IMG/VR virus record: IMGVR_UViG_3300042328_000969
Coordinates: 1 to 58,275 of that record
Reading direction: 5' to 3' (one strand)
Source of the DNA: a virus
Lineage: Duplodnaviria; Caudoviricetes
DNA: 58,275 nucleotides
Part shown: positions 57,234-58,275 of the stretch, in pieces
Numbering within the stretch: the first letter of the stretch is position 1
Layout: every line of letters begins with the position of its first letter
Made by a program: the position numbers and the translations under genes
The notes under the pieces: model-generated
Told to the model about the DNA's origin: nothing
What the model saw: the letters and a program-made list of their open reading frames with translations, nothing else
Database searches by the model: none

Positions 57234-58275
57234 TATGCTGACTTCCCAACCAGCGCACCATATAAGGTTGAGCTGATTTTCCAAAAGACGAGAGTGTTAC
57301 TTGCACTGAGTGTAGGCGCAGTATTTCCAGCCGCTGTTACCCATGTGGTTGTAGGCCAGTTGATTGTGTATGAGCTACCGTTAGTAAGCAAAAGTGAAAT
57401 GCTTTGACCAGACGATAAACTGTCAGTAAAGGTGACTGTACCCGCAGCAGCACATGACAGGGTTGTACCAGTAGATGGGTTTAATGCAATTGAGCCAGAC
57501 GTAGCAAGCGTAGCCACCTTCTCTGTATAAGCATCTAGGGTTAAGTTACCCGTCATCGTGCCACCAGCTAATGACAAAGTACCAGCAAAAGATTGCCCAG
57601 CCGCAAACGTAATTGCACCTGTCATCGTACCGCCAGACAGCGCTAAATATCCCGATGCAGGCAAGTAAGAAGTTATCCATGCGCTACCACTATAAACGCG
57701 CATTTCACTACTTGTTGTATTCCAATACAGCGCACCAGTAAGCAGTGCATTACCATCGTTATCAACTGATGGGTCAGAGGATTTAGCGCCAAGATAACGA
57801 TCATCAAATGAATCATAACTAGCCGCTGCTGCGGTAGCACTACTTGCAGCATTGGTAGCTGAAGTTGATGCGTTAGATGCCTGTGTTGTTGCAGTTGAAG
57901 CCGAAGCCGATGCGTTAGTAGCCGAAGTGCTTGCATTAGATGCCTGTGTACTTGCTGTTGATGCACTTGTCGATGCCGCTGATGCGCTACTTGCGGCATT
58001 AGTAGCCGAGGTTGAAGCGTTGCTTGCCTGTGTACTTGCTGTTGATGCGCTACTTGCAGCATTGGAAGCTGACGTACTTGCCGCTGATGCGCTACTTGCG
58101 GCATTGGTAGCTGAGGTGCTTGCATTAGATGCTGAGGTACTTGCCGCTGATGCACTTGCCGCTGCGGCTGTTGCCGATACCCCTGCATCGTGAGCGTAAA
58201 TAGCTGAGTTTGGCGTTAAATGGAAAAACCCTGTTGACGTACTATAGCGAACATCGATAACCGCTCCAGCGCTAA
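57233..58275 (-). CDS. Tail fibre protein, cassette B (5' part continues at 2029-2362; 458 aa when joined)
   Basis: Open frame from the window end: AST repeats, SYDSFDDRYLGAK...GALYWN, LSGGTMTG repeats; in frame with ATG 2362 through the 127-nt overlap. Confidence 0.85.
   Translation of the reverse strand, partial: SAGAVIDVRYSTSTGFFHLTPNSAIYAHDAGVSATAAAASASAASTSASNASTSATNAASSASAASTSASNAASSASTASTQASNASTSATNAASSASAASTSASTASTQASNASTSATNASASASTATTQASNASTSATNAASSATAAAASYDSFDDRYLGAKSSDPSVDNDGNALLTGALYWNTTSSEMRVYSGSAWITSYLPASGYLALSGGTMTGAITFAAGQSFAGTLSLAGGTMTGNLTLDAYTEKVATLATSGSIALNPSTGTTLSCAAAGTVTFTDSLSSGQSISLLLTNGSSYTINWPTTTWVTAAGNTAPTLSASNTLVFWKISSTLYGALVGKSA
58149..58275. repeat. 127-nt exact repeat of 1902-2028
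   Basis: Base-by-base identity. Confidence 0.95.

Noticed and set aside
57673-58193. Alternate-frame and antisense ORFs over AST repeats (also 1729-1941, 31004-31744)
   Set aside because: Shadow ORFs of low-complexity Ala-rich coding sequence.
58149-58275. Biological terminal repeat
   Set aside because: It matches an internal position inside a gene, and its length equals a typical assembler k-mer.

Overview
This is an essentially complete, circularly permuted dsDNA tailed-phage genome of about 56 kb with a podovirus-like morphogenesis module. No integrase, tRNA or CRISPR was seen. The minus-strand arm (1-32685 and 53661-58275) carries tail fibres, tail tubular proteins, an N4-gp56-like major capsid protein, scaffold, portal, terminase, ejection proteins (including a 3578-aa polyvalent protein) and the lysis genes. 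The plus-strand arm carries small early genes, a DUF2800 exonuclease / DUF2815 SSB / family-B polymerase / VRR-NUC / SNF2 helicase replication module, NrdJb-like, dUTPase and ThyX. A divergent primase-helicase and Cro-like gene sit next to an iteron-rich candidate origin. The most striking observations are four. (1) The helicase contains a contiguous 280-aa intein whose interior is overprinted, in the +1 frame, by a zinc-finger/NUMOD3/Vsr-like endonuclease gene, with both frames open. (2) Non-coding RNA segments at 41285-41447 and 41973-42839 include C4-like RNAs, long stem-enclosed RNAs and several stretches complementary to ribosome-binding sites of other phage genes, suggesting an antisense control hub. 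(3) The contig end repeats 1902-2028 exactly (127 nt), so one tail-fibre 5' part is joined to two alternative receptor-binding cassettes. (4) There is a near-perfect Fur box and a stand-alone 16-aa Lys/Gly peptide gene. All family assignments are motif recognition by eye, not database searches.
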